Counted from the first letter of the stretch, positions 50,126-63,299 are shown. The stretch: 64,000 nucleotides of DNA from an uncultured Verrucomicrobiae bacterium (GCA_963812605.1 CAWEWF010000005.1:64001-128000), one strand, 5' to 3'. Made by a program: numbers and translations. The notes: generated by a model from the letters alone, not told the origin.

Positions 50126-51310
50126 ATGCCGTCTGTATTTTTGAAGAAGAACAAGGAACGCCGCCTCTACGCGGGCCACAGTTGGGTCTACTCCAGTGAA
50201 ATCGAACGAATCACCGGCGATCCTGATCCCCGCGACGGCGATGCGGTGGACATCCGCGATCACAAGGACCGCTTTTTTGGCCGCGGGTTGCTGAACACCA
50301 AATCGCAAATCACCGTGCGGCGGTTCACCACGCAGAAGGAGGAACTCGACCGCGCGTTCTTCACCCGTCGCATCGAAGAAGCCCTGGCTTATCGCCGGGA
50401 GGATACGTCCATTGGCGACACTGAAGCATTCCGCGTGGTTTCCTCCGAGGGTGACCAGATGCCCGGCCTCATCGTCGATCAATACGGCGACTATCTTGTC
50501 ATTCAGGCGCTCACGCTGGGGATCGACCAACGCAAGGGGCAAATTGTTGAAATTCTCCGGGAGATGTTCGAGCCGCGGGCCATCATCGAGCGCAGCGATG
50601 TCGCCAGCCGCAAACTGGAAGGACTGGAGGAAACCAAAGGCGTCCTCTTCGGCGAGACGGATGGCATCGTCCGCGCGCAGTTTGCGGGATTCTCCATCGA
50701 GGTCAACCTGCTCGAAGACCAGAAAACCGGTTTCTTTCTCGACCAACGCGACAATTACGCCGAGGTCGCGCGCCTCTGCGCGGGCAAACGCGTGCTCGAT
50801 TGTTTCACGTACCACGGTGGTTTCGCCCTCGCCGCGGCCATGGCGAGCGCCAAGAGCGTGGAGTCGGTCGAGATTTCCGACCAGGCCGTCGCCCGCGCGC
50901 GCAAGAACGCCGAGTTGAATGGGCTGACGGGAAAGATCGAGTTCGTTTGCGCCAACGCGTTCGATGTCCTGAAAAAATACGACGGCGACAAACGGCAGTA
51001 CGACGTCATCGTGCTTGATCCGCCCACGTTCACGCGCACGCGGCAAAACGTCGAGGGCGCGCTCCGAGGGTACAAGGAAATCAACCTGCGCGCGCTGAAG
51101 ATGCTCCCACCGGGCGGCATGCTCGCCACGTTCACCTGTTCGCATCACATCGACGCCGAGTTGTTCAAGTCGGTGGTCGTCGAGGCGGCGGCGGACGCGA
51201 AGAAAACCGTGCGCCTGGTCAAGGTGCTCACGCAATCCCCCGATCATCCGATTCTGCCCGCCGTACCCGAAACCGAGTATCTGCGCGGCCTGCTGCTTGA
51301 GGTGATGTAG
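50126..51310 (+). CDS. RlmI-like class I SAM-dependent rRNA methyltransferase
   Basis: GHSWVY PUA domain, SEGD..PGLIVD, QKTGFFLDQR, LDPPTF, PETEYL. Confidence 0.88.
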   Translation: MPSVFLKKNKERRLYAGHSWVYSSEIERITGDPDPRDGDAVDIRDHKDRFFGRGLLNTKSQITVRRFTTQKEELDRAFFTRRIEEALAYRREDTSIGDTEAFRVVSSEGDQMPGLIVDQYGDYLVIQALTLGIDQRKGQIVEILREMFEPRAIIERSDVASRKLEGLEETKGVLFGETDGIVRAQFAGFSIEVNLLEDQKTGFFLDQRDNYAEVARLCAGKRVLDCFTYHGGFALAAAMASAKSVESVEISDQAVARARKNAELNGLTGKIEFVCANAFDVLKKYDGDKRQYDVIVLDPPTFTRTRQNVEGALRGYKEINLRALKMLPPGGMLATFTCSHHIDAELFKSVVVEAAADAKKTVRLVKVLTQSPDHPILPAVPETEYLRGLLLEVM

Positions 51311-52821
51311 TGGAAGCAAAGCTGGAGGAACTGAAGCAGCGCCTCGCGGAGATCAATGACGTGCGCTCCGCCGCTTCCGTCTTGAATTGGGACCAGATGA
51401 CCTACATGCCGCCCGGCGGCGCCGAAGCGCGCGGACGGCAGGTGGCGACGCTGGAGCAAACTCGCCCACGAGAAGTTGACGGATCCTTCGATCGGTCGGA
51501 TGCTCACGGAATTACGTTCGCGCGAGCGAAGCGTTGCCCGCCGATTCCGACGAGGCCGCGCTGATTCGCGTGGCCCGCCGCGATTACGACCGCGCGGTAA
51601 AAGTCCCACCGGCATTCGTCGCGAAATTCAGCGCACACCAAACCGCAACCTACGAAGCATGGATCAAGGCGCGGCCCGCCAACGATTTTGCCGCAGTGCG
51701 TCCGTACCTGGAAAAAACACTCGAATACAGCCGCGAGTTGGCGAATTATTTTCCCGGTTATGACCACATTGCCGACCCATTGATTGATTTCGCCGACTTC
51801 GGAATGAAGGCGGCCACCGTGCGGGCGTTGTTTGCGGAGTTGACGGAAAGAACTCGTGCCGCTCGTGCAGGCGATTGCCGCGCAACCGCTCGCGGATGAT
51901 GCGTGCCTTCACCAGAAGTTTCCCGAAGCCCAACAACTCGCGTTCGGTGCAGCCGTCGTCAAGCGGCTCGGCTACGACTTCCAGCGCGGACGGCAGGACA
52001 AGACGCACCACCCGTTCTGCACGACGTTCTCGCTCGGTGACGTGCGCATCACGACGCGCGTGAAAGAAGACGATCTTGGCGACGCGCTCTTCAGCACCAT
52101 CCACGAAGCCGGCCACGCGATGTACGAGCAGGGGATCCAGCGCGAGTTGGAAGGCACGCCGCTGGCGCGCGGGACTTCGTCGGGCGTTCACGAAAGCCAG
52201 TCACGGCTCTGGGAGAACCTCGTCGGCCGCGGCCGTGGTTTCTGGCGGTCCTTCTATCCCGAGCTGCAGGCGGCTTTTCCGGTGCAACTCGGCAGTGTCC
52301 CACTCGACGTGTTCTACCGCGCGATTAACAGGGTCGAGCGTTCACTGATTCGCACCGATGCCGACGAAGTGACTTACAATCTCCACGTCATGATCCGCTT
52401 TGACTTAGAACTCCAACTGCTCGAAGGCAAGTTGGCCGTCCGCGACCTGCCCGAAGCCTGGCGCGAGCGCTACCAAACCGACCTCGGCATCGCCTCACCA
52501 GACGACCGCGATGGCGTCCTTCAGGATGTGCATTGGTTCGGCGGACAAATCGGCGGCTCGTTTCAGGGTTATACCCTCGGCAACATCCTCAGCGCCCAAT
52601 TCTACGACGCCGCCCTCCGCGCAAATCCCAAGATTCCCGACCAGATTGCCAACGGTGAATTCACCACGTTGCATGATTGGCTTCAGAAGAACATCTACCA
52701 GCATGGAGCCAAGTTCACGGCGAATGAGATTGTGAAACGCGCGACTGGTCAACCGCTCACGATTGAACCGTATATCCGCTATTTGCGGACGAAGTATGGG
52801 GAGTTGTACAAACTCCTATAG
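51310..52821 (+). CDS. Carboxypeptidase M32 (frameshifts around 51470-51850)
   Basis: WDQMTYMP, HPF, HEAGH, HESQS, IRTDADE, LQDVHW. Confidence 0.9.
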
Positions 52822-52823
52822 GT

Positions 52824-52907
52824 TGTCACCCTGAGCGAAGCGAAGGGTCTCAGTCGTTCGACAGACTGCGGAAACGACAGAGATTCTTCGCTTCGCTCAG
52901 AATGACA
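52824..52907. repeat. Palindromic repeat element (GTCA..CTGAGCGAAGCGAAG family)
   Basis: tgtcaccctgagcgaagcgaagggtctc / gagattcttcgcttcgctcagaatgaca. Confidence 0.8.
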
Positions 52908-53260
52908 CAACCTTTTGCAGCCAGGTTCAGACTTGTGGGGAAACAAGACACGCGTTAGCATTCATGCGCTGTTGGGAGCAACACCACGCCGAGGCACACG
53001 ATTGAATTATTGGACGATGGATGTGCTCCTCCTTGGCGACGCGCGTGGGCAAAATGTCACTTTGACCGCCTTGACAATCGAATCGTGGGCTGCTAGGAAG
53101 TTGCGCAACAAGGAGGTCGCGGTGCGTGAGTTGGAGAACTCCCGCCTATTCTGTGGAGATACTGTTCGGCCATCAGGGCGGACGGAGAGCAAGCGGATGA
53201 GTTGGGTTTTGCTTTCCTCGGCCGCGCTACCTTCATGCCACGCGACACGGATAATTCACC

Positions 53261-53887
53261 ATGGCTAAACAAAAACTTGAGCAGTATCTTACCCGCCAGT
53301 TTGAAAAGCACGTAACCCGGAGCGCCGTCGAGATCGAACAAAAGTACCGGGTCTCCGACGTTGATGAGCTGCGCAGGAAGCTGATCAAATTGGGCGCGCG
53401 CAGATCGGTCAAGGGCTATGAACGGAACGAGCTGTTCGACATGGACGGCGCGTTGCGAAAACAGGGCCGAAAACTTCGCCTGCGGCGACACGGGGAAGAC
53501 AAGGCCGTATTGACGCTCAAGGGCCCGCGCCAGGGCGGGATCCACAAAAGACGGATGGAAATCGAGACTCGCGTTGATTACGAGCCAGCCAAGCGCATCC
53601 TCGAATTATTGAGCTTCCGCGTCTCCGAGACCTACGACAAGCTGCGTGAGGAATACAAGCTGGGTCCCTGCACGGTCTGCCTCGATCATATCTCCCAATG
53701 CGGTTGGTTCTTCGAGATCGAAGGGACACCAAAACAGATCAACGAGATTGCGCGCAAGCTGGACTTGAGCAATTTGGACCGTGAGCACCGTTCCTATCGG
53801 AAGCTCATCAAACATCACTTGCTGCGGCTGCCGATGATACGCCTGGGTTCCCAGCCCCGGATTCGCGCAGGAAGGAGACCGAAATGA
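53261..53887 (+). CDS. CYTH-domain protein (class IV adenylate cyclase-like)
   Basis: EIEQK (ExExK), LRLR, LTLKGP, EIET, FFEIEG, SY. Confidence 0.85.
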   Translation: MAKQKLEQYLTRQFEKHVTRSAVEIEQKYRVSDVDELRRKLIKLGARRSVKGYERNELFDMDGALRKQGRKLRLRRHGEDKAVLTLKGPRQGGIHKRRMEIETRVDYEPAKRILELLSFRVSETYDKLREEYKLGPCTVCLDHISQCGWFFEIEGTPKQINEIARKLDLSNLDREHRSYRKLIKHHLLRLPMIRLGSQPRIRAGRRPK

Positions 53888-54261
53888 AACTATTGATCGT
53901 TGACGATGAAATCAAAATCTGTGAGATGCTCCAGGAGTATTTTGAAGATCATTTCGTTTGCGAGATCGTAACGGCAACCACGATTTCCGAGGCGTTGTCA
54001 CTCCTGGCGAGCGAACAGCCCGAGGGAATGCTTTTGGATTTGAACCTGAAGTCGAAACTGGGCGGATTCGACATTTTGAAGCGGGTGAAGGCGATCAGTC
54101 CCTGGACAAAAGTCATCATGGTAACGGGCGCGTGCGATTTGGATTCCATCGAGACCGCCAGGGAACTGGGCGCGGTGGATTACATTACCAAACCTTTTAC
54201 CATCGACTATCTGGAACAGACCGTCCAAGCGAAGATCGCGAACGCGCTGATGTACGCCTAG
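53884..54261 (+). CDS. Single-domain response regulator
   Basis: IVDDE, LLD, VT, YITKPF. Confidence 0.9.
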   Translation: MKLLIVDDEIKICEMLQEYFEDHFVCEIVTATTISEALSLLASEQPEGMLLDLNLKSKLGGFDILKRVKAISPWTKVIMVTGACDLDSIETARELGAVDYITKPFTIDYLEQTVQAKIANALMYA

Positions 54262-54274
54262 CGATGAGGTGCAC

Positions 54275-55282
54275 CTACCTGGGGTGCGGCACATACGACT
54301 TCAGCGCCTGCGTATTTTCCACCAGCGGTGTGAGCGTGTAGAAACCCAGCGCGGCGGGGAGCAGCACGAATTCTCCAACATTGATACGCTCTTCCTTGCC
54401 GTCGGGTAAGAGCAGACCGACGGCGCCTTTGGTGCAACTCAGAATGTGGAAGGTTGAGCCGTCGCAACGGTCGGGCCAGGCGTTGCTCAATTCGAGGCGG
54501 TGCACATGAAAGTAGGGGCACTCGACCAAACGCCATAGGCCATTGACACCATGGGACTCAACGGTCGCGCGTTGCTTCCTGGGTTCAAAGTCCTCAAAGT
54601 CGATGCACACGAGCGACTCCCTGATATGGAGTTCCCGCGGCTTGCCGTCGAGGCCGACACGACCCCAATCATAAACGCGGTAGGTGGTATCGGAATTCTG
54701 CTGGATTTCGACCAGCACGACGCCCGCATCGATCGCATGCACGCGACCCGAGGGAACAAAGAAGGTGTCACCGGGCAGGACGGGGAAGCGGTAAATGCAA
54801 TCTTCGAGTTTTTTCGTTCCCTTTTCAGGCTTCGCAGGTGCTTCCAGGGCGCGTATGAAGTCAGCGCCCGTGACGCCGCGACGAAGGCCGGCAATCAGGT
54901 GTGCATCCTGATCCGCTTCAAGCACGCACCACATCTCGGTTTTGGGTTCTCCTTTAAGCTTCGCGGCGACAGAATGGGGCGGATGAACCTGTAACGAGAG
55001 CCGCTCGCGGGCGTCGAGGAGTTTGACGAGCAGAGGAAAACGAGTGGCCGCGCCGCAATTGGTCCCCAAAAGCTGCGCTCCATGGGCATGGATCTGTTCG
55101 CGCAGCGTCTTGCCTTTGTCGGGCCCGTTGGCAACGACGGACTGGACGTCATCGCGGTCGCTCATTTCCCAGGATTCACCGATGTGCTTGCCGGCGGGGA
55201 TCGACTTGCCGTAGCGCGCGAGCGCATTTCCGCCCCAGACGCGTTCGATCAGGGCGGGGGTGAATTTGTAAGGGTAGAGCAT
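54275..55282 (-). CDS. manA: Type I mannose-6-phosphate isomerase
   Basis: VWGG, GESWE, LSLQVHP, KTEMW, EIQQNSDTTYR. Confidence 0.88.
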   Translation of the reverse strand: MLYPYKFTPALIERVWGGNALARYGKSIPAGKHIGESWEMSDRDDVQSVVANGPDKGKTLREQIHAHGAQLLGTNCGAATRFPLLVKLLDARERLSLQVHPPHSVAAKLKGEPKTEMWCVLEADQDAHLIAGLRRGVTGADFIRALEAPAKPEKGTKKLEDCIYRFPVLPGDTFFVPSGRVHAIDAGVVLVEIQQNSDTTYRVYDWGRVGLDGKPRELHIRESLVCIDFEDFEPRKQRATVESHGVNGLWRLVECPYFHVHRLELSNAWPDRCDGSTFHILSCTKGAVGLLLPDGKEERINVGEFVLLPAALGFYTLTPLVENTQALKSYVPHPR

Positions 55283-55291
55283 CTTTGTGCC

Positions 55292-55320
55292 TTGCAGTTG
55301 ACTTCAATTTAACATACACT
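55292..55320 (+). promoter_or_regulatory. sigma70 promoter of ftsK
   Basis: TTGCAG-N17-TACACT. Confidence 0.5.
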
Positions 55321-55354
55321 GCGCAACCACAAGGAGGATTTGCAACGCTTTTCT

Positions 55355-57924
55355 ATGGGGAAGGAATCGAAGCATTCGGGCGTTCGTGAGATTTGGGCCG
55401 TTGTCCTGGTCGTCGCTTCTCTTTTGCTGCTATTGAGCCTGATTTCGTACGACCCGTACGATGTCGGCCACGTGGCGGCGAGCGGACACAAGCCTGTCGC
55501 AAACTTTATCGGTCCCGTCGGCGCGTGGATCGCATTCTTCACATTCCAAACATTCGGACTGGGCGCCTACGGAGTCATGGCCGTGCTGGCCGTGATTGGC
55601 GGGACGCTGCTGCTCGGCAAGGAACTGCCGTGGCGCGGGAAGCTTGGCGCCGGCATTCTCCTGCTGATCTCCCTCAGCAGCCTCCTGCACGTCGCGGGGC
55701 TGGAACGCGCACAACGCGCGCTGAACTTGCCGGACAGCGCGGGCGGTTTCCTCGGGTTGATCGTCGGCGGATTCTTCCAGCGGATTGTGGGTCGGCCCGG
55801 CACGATCCTCGTCTTTGGCGGATGCTATCTCATCAGCCTTATTTTATTGATTAATTTCCGGCCGAGTTACTGGGTGGCGTTGACCGTGGGCCGGGCGATG
55901 GACTTCTGGCATCGGAAACGCAGCAACAAATCCAAGCCCACCGTTGACGACGAATTGCGCGATCAGGAGCGGGCGTTGACCATCAAGGAATTTCAGACCG
56001 ACCGCCAGTTGGCCCGGCAGGAGAAGGAAGCGCGCAAACTCGCCACCGAGCGCTCTAATGGCTCCACGGGTGACGAGGACGCGGCGCGGGAACGACGGCC
56101 GGAGCCGAAGTTTGAGGATTACACCGTGGCACGGTCCCAGAATGGCGCGGACAAAAAGAAGGCGACCGGTGAGGATGCGCCCTCCATGGCTCAAAAGATC
56201 GCCGAGAAGCTCAAGCCGAAAAAGGAAAGTGCGGCAACCGTGGGCATCGACGCGGAAGCGGGTGCGGCCACACCGGCAAGTCCCAAACCGAAACGCGAAA
56301 AGCCCGTGCCAGCGGGCCCCGCCCCGGTGCTGGGAAGCGTCACCGCCGCCTCCGGCGAGGAATACGTGCTGCCGCCGCTCGACATGCTGGAGCAACCGCC
56401 TTTGCCGGGCAAACGCGACGTGATGGAGGATTTGAAGGCCAGCGCGAAGGTCTTGCGCGAGACGTTGCAGGAATTTGGCATCGACGTCGAATCCGGTGAC
56501 GTGACGAAGGGGCCGACCGTGACGCTATTCGAGTTGTACCCCGCCGCCGGCGTGCGCGTGGAAAAAATTTCCTCGCTCTCCAACAACGTCGCCATGGCGA
56601 TGCGGGCGGAGAAGGTGCGCATTCTCGCGCCGGTGCCGGGCAAGGGGACGGTGGGAATCGAAGTGCCTAACTCATCTCGCACGACGGTCTACCTGCGCGA
56701 TCTGTTGGAATCGCAAGAGTGGCGGAACGCAACCGGCACGATCCCGATTGCCCTGGGCCGCGATGTGAAGGGCAATCCGATCATCGGCGACCTGGCCAAC
56801 ATGCCGCATTTGCTGATTGCCGGCGCGACCGGCTCGGGCAAGACCGTTTGCGTCAACGCGATTCTCGCCTCATTGCTTTATCGCTTCACGGCGGAGGACC
56901 TGCGGCTCGTGTTGATCGACCCGAAGATGGTCGAGATGCAGAACTACAACGCTTTGCCGCATCTCATCGTGCCCGTCGTGACCGAAGCCAAGAAAGTGCC
57001 GCTGGCGTTGGGGTGGGTGATCCGCGAGATGGAGAAGCGGTTCCAGATTTTCGCGAAAAGCGGCGTTCGCAACATCACTTCTTTCAACGCGCGTCCAAAG
57101 AAATCGGTGAAGCCGGAGGCGGAAGCTTCCCTCGACCCGTTGGTCATCGAAGATGCGGCGAATGAGAAAGAGGAGGCGGACGGAGAAGCCGAAGGCGGAG
57201 CAGGAACTTGCTCAAGATCGAAGTGCCGCGTGACTTCGAATTGATAATCCCGGACAAACTGCCGTTTATCGCCGTGGTGGTGGATGAATTGGCGGACCTG
57301 ATGCAGACCGTCGGCAAGGACGTGGAAATGGCCATTGCGCGTCTTACGGCCCTGGGCCGCGCGGCCGGCATTCATCTGGTGGTCGCAACGCAACGCCCCA
57401 GCGTCAACGTCGTGACCGGTGTCATCAAGGCCAATATCCCCGCCCGCATCGCGTTTCAGGTGGCGTCGATGCAGGATTCACGCGTCATCCTCGACAGCCA
57501 GGGCGCGGAGAAATTGCTGGGGAAGGGCGACATGCTCTACGAGCCCGGCTCGGGAAAGGCCGTCCGTGCGCAGGGCGTCCTCGTGCTGGATCGCGAGATT
57601 TCGCGCATTGTTGACTTCATCGGTGGCCGCGCCAAGCCACAGTTCGAAAAGGAGCTGCACCAGAAACTGCAGAAGAACTCCACTCTCGCGGACGCGGAGC
57701 CGAGCGAAGAGGATGAGGAACTGGTGGAACAGTGCATGGAAGTGATTCGCCAGACCAATCGCGCCAGCGTCTCGGTCTTGCAACGGCGCCTGCGCATCGG
57801 CTACACTCGCGCCGCTCGGATCATGGACTTGCTGGAAGAACGCGGGGTCGTCGGCCCAAATAAAGGCGCCGAACCGCGCGAAATCCTGATCGACCTGGAT
57901 GGCCAAGTGCCGGCGGAGCGGTGA
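55355..57924 (+). CDS. ftsK: DNA translocase FtsK (frameshift near 57200)
   Basis: 4-TM N-terminal domain, PHLLIAGATGSGKT, DELADLM, ATQRPS, LQRRLRIGY gamma domain. Confidence 0.93.
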
Positions 57925-57925
57925 C

Positions 57926-58432
57926 ATGCCCCGACATGCAACAAGGCGACGGCCCAAGACGGATCCCAATGCCACGGTGTGCGTCTTCAAGGTGGTATTG
58001 GCCGACAACAAGTCTATCTGGCGGCGGATTGCGATTCGTTCGGATCAGACTTTGGACGACTTGCACGCGATCATCTTCACTGCGTTTGATCGGTTCGATG
58101 AGCATTTGTATTCATTCCACCGCCAGCCGTTGTCCGCTCGACGCGGACCGGACTTCAACCGCGATAAAGTTGAGTACACGAGTCCGGTTATGATTGAGGA
58201 AGCTGATTCGTTCGGCGGCCACGAGGTGCGGGATGCCTCCAAAACGGTCATCGGCACACTGGAACTGAAGCCGGGCGCCAAGCTGTATTACCTGTTCGAC
58301 TTCGGGGACAGTTGGTGGCACGAGTTGACGATGGAAGAGGCCGGATTGCCTGTGGAGGCGAAGCGGCGGTACCCGCTCATCGTGGAAAGCCAGGGCGCGT
58401 CGCCGCCGCAGTATCCGCCAATGGATGAATAG
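57926..58432 (+). CDS. Plasmid pRiA4b ORF-3 family protein
   Basis: IWRRI, TLDDLH, HLYSF, YLFDFGDSWWH, PPQYP. Confidence 0.85.
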   Translation: MPRHATRRRPKTDPNATVCVFKVVLADNKSIWRRIAIRSDQTLDDLHAIIFTAFDRFDEHLYSFHRQPLSARRGPDFNRDKVEYTSPVMIEEADSFGGHEVRDASKTVIGTLELKPGAKLYYLFDFGDSWWHELTMEEAGLPVEAKRRYPLIVESQGASPPQYPPMDE

Positions 58433-58663
58433 CATGAGGTGTTGGCGCGGCAGTACGGGGCGGCGCGGGTTGTTCCAGCCCGGTTTCAGGACGATCTGCT
58501 CCATGTGGCTGTAGCGGTTTGCCATCGCTTGGATATGATTGTAAGCTGGAACAGGAAGCACTTGGCTAATCCAAAAAAAGTGGCGCTGATCAATGCCGTG
58601 AATCGGCGACAGGGTTGGGCGCTCATGAGGATTCACACACCAAAAGAGGTGATGGGGCTATGA
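58433..58663 (+). pseudogene. C-terminal fragment of a PIN-domain toxin
   Basis: DDLLHVAVA, IVSWN.KH, IHTP.E; N-terminal DT motif absent. Confidence 0.65.
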
Positions 58664-58878
58664 AACAGGGAAGAGAGCCTGCGGCGGTTCGCGAGCTGCA
58701 TCGGATTCGAGAGGAAATGCTCGCCGAAGAAAAGCGCGCAGGCAGCGGCAAGTATTGGGCGGAAGCCAATCGGCAAGCGATGGAGTTTGCCCGCCGGCAT
58801 GGTCTCAAATACGTCGAGGCAAAGCCGGGCATTGCAACCGCACGCGAGAAGCAGTCGAAACGATACAAAGTCCGCTGA
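58660..58878 (+). CDS. Small hypothetical protein, probable PIN-associated antitoxin
   Basis: MKQGREPAAVRELHRIRE...; ATGA overlap with the PIN fragment. Confidence 0.6.
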   Translation: MKQGREPAAVRELHRIREEMLAEEKRAGSGKYWAEANRQAMEFARRHGLKYVEAKPGIATAREKQSKRYKVR

Positions 58879-58972
58879 CGCCGATCAACGGCGCAAGAGG
58901 TTACGCGCCGCACATCCTGATTCGCTTCATCGAATACGCGCGGAAGGAAGCCATAACTAGATTTATCAGATT

Positions 58973-59230
58973 ATGGCCGACAAAGTAAAAATCTGGTTCG
59001 ATGCGGAAGCGGATTACCTTGAGGTACAATTTGCGCAGGCCGCCGGCTCCATGAAGGCAACCCGGCACGACGCCGTCATGGACCGTGTGGACGCCCAAGG
59101 ACGCGTGATCGGCTTCAGCGTTCTGGGCGTAAGCCGTTTCAAGAAAGGCAAGCCGTTGGAAGCCGAGTTGGCCTCCGCTTCCCGCTCGGCGGTTGTGCGC
59201 GAGAAGCCCCGCAAGAAATACGGGAAGTGA
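58973..59230 (+). CDS. DUF2283 family protein
   Basis: VKIWFDAEADYLEV, RVDAQGRVIGFSV. Confidence 0.82.
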   Translation: MADKVKIWFDAEADYLEVQFAQAAGSMKATRHDAVMDRVDAQGRVIGFSVLGVSRFKKGKPLEAELASASRSAVVREKPRKKYGK

Positions 59231-59306
59231 AGTTTCTTGGTTGGCTGACTTGAGGGCGAGCCTTTTTCCTTGAGCCATGAGAAAGCGTTGGTAGTATGAA
59301 TGTCGT

Positions 59307-59355
59307 CGGCGGTCGTAGACCGCCGCTACAGCCGCGAATGAGATTCGCGGCTACA
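59307..59355. repeat. Two tandem GTAG-family REP hairpins
   Basis: cggcggtcgtagaccgccgctaca followed by gccgcgaatgagattcgcggctaca. Confidence 0.7.
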
Positions 59356-59366
59356 ATACGAACGAT

Positions 59367-59888
59367 ATGGAATCCATCGGCGAGATCCTTCGCGAAGCGC
59401 GGCACCACAAGCGGGCTTCCTTGGAAGACGTGTCGCGCGCGACCCGCATCAAGATGGAGATCCTGGAGCAACTCGAAGCGGATGAGTTTGACCGCCTCGC
59501 GGCACCGGCCTACACCAAGGGATTCTTGAAGCTCTACTCCGAGTACCTCGGCCTCGATAGCCAGGCGATGGTGGACGCTTATTTGCGGAGCCAGGGCGGA
59601 CTGCGGCGGCAGGGGTTGCATGTCGAGACGGAGAAAACCGTTCGCGCGCGAAAGCCGCCCGAATTGAAATTGCCGCTGCGGAGCGTCGGGCTGGTCGTGG
59701 TTGGTTTGACGGTGGCCGTGTTTGTGGTGGTGCTCGGCAAGGGGCATTTCTCGCATTCCTCACCCGCACCGGTCCAACCGATAGTGGCGGCAACCACGCC
59801 ATCAATGCCGAGCGCCGATTTCGATGCCTATTACCAGCCGAAGCCCCGACCCGCCCTTGAGCTTGTAGAGCCAGCCGCAAACAAGTAA
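59367..59888 (+). CDS. RodZ-like HTH membrane protein
   Basis: IGEILREAR, TRIK, YTKGFLKLYSEYLGLD, TM helix. Confidence 0.82.
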   Translation: MESIGEILREARHHKRASLEDVSRATRIKMEILEQLEADEFDRLAAPAYTKGFLKLYSEYLGLDSQAMVDAYLRSQGGLRRQGLHVETEKTVRARKPPELKLPLRSVGLVVVGLTVAVFVVVLGKGHFSHSSPAPVQPIVAATTPSMPSADFDAYYQPKPRPALELVEPAANK

Positions 59889-61292
59889 TATCTGTCGTAT
59901 CGATGAGTTCCCCTTCAGCCATCAAAGTCGGGTTCGTCAGTCTCGGCTGCGCGAAAAATCTCGTGGACAGCGAGGTCATGCTCGGCTCGCTGCTGCGCGA
60001 CGGGATGGAAGTGACCCAAAACGCGCAGGAAGCGGACGTGGTGATTGTGAATACCTGCGGCTTTATCGAGGCGTCGAAGAAAGAATCCATCGATGCGATC
60101 CTCAAGGCAAACGAACTGCGCGAGACGGGCAACTGCAAGGCGCTCATCATGGCCGGTTGCCTGACCCAGCGGTATCCGAAAGACCTGCAGAAGGAACTAC
60201 CGGAGGTCGATGCCATCGTTGGGCTCAACGAAGTCCCGCGCATCGGGCAGATTGTCCGGGAGGTGCTCGCGAAAGTGGAGCGGGCGTCCTGCTCGCTGGA
60301 TAATCCTGAAGCAAACGGGCGAGACACCCGTTCTACGGTTTATTGGTCTGGCCCGGCCAATTATGTTCCCGATTTCGCCGCGCCGCGGTTTCGGCTGACG
60401 CCGAAACATCATGCCTATGTCAAGGTCGCCGAGGGTTGTAATCATCCCTGCACGTTTTGCAGCATTCCGCGCATTCGCGGGAAACATCGCAGCCGGGCAC
60501 TGGACGATGTTCTCGCGGAGATTCGCGGGCTCGTGTCCACCGGTGCGCGGGAGATCAATCTTATTTCACAGGACACGACGTTCTACGGCAAGGACCTCGA
60601 CCCGCAGGCGCCGGGGCCGCGCGACGGGAAAAGTTTGCTGTGCGAATTGCTACGCGGAATCCAGCAAATCGACGGTGATTTCTGGGTGCGGCTGCTCTAC
60701 ACACATCCGTACCATTGGAATGACGAATTGATCGAGACCATCGCCGCCTGTGACAAAGTGTGTCGCTACGTCGACATGCCGTTGCAACATATCAGTGACG
60801 AAATGTTGAAACAGATGCGCCGCGAGACGAGCGGGCAGTATATTCGCGATCTCATCACGCGAATTCGCCGGGGCATTCCCGGCATCGCGTTGCGCACGAC
60901 TTTCATTGTCGGCTTTCCGGGCGAGACCGAGAAACAGTTCGAAGAACTTCTGCAGTTTATCGCGGAAGCGAAGTTCGAGCGGCTTGGTATGTTCCAGTAT
61001 TCCCAAGAGGACCATACGCCCGCGGGGACGATGGCCGGGCAGTTGACTGCCAAGGAGAAGAAGAAGCGTTACCAACGCGCAATGGCTCTCCAGCAGCAGG
61101 TGTCGCGCGAAGTGCAGGCCGCATTTGTCGGCCAGACGATGAGTGTGCTGATCGAGGAGCAGACCGACGGTGGCTGGGTCGGCCGTTCCCACGCCGACGC
61201 CCCCGAAATCGACGGTAGCGTGCAGGTCACGGGACCGGCGCAAATCGGCGAGTTTGCACGGGTGCGAATTACCGGCGCGAGCGAATATGATC

Positions 61293-63299
<2,007 letters not shown>

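Noticed and set aside
53110-53234. Lysine riboswitch (GAGGTCGCG...GCGCTAC ends)
   Set aside because: Too short and lacks the AGTA, GAAAGG and GCCGAA core motifs
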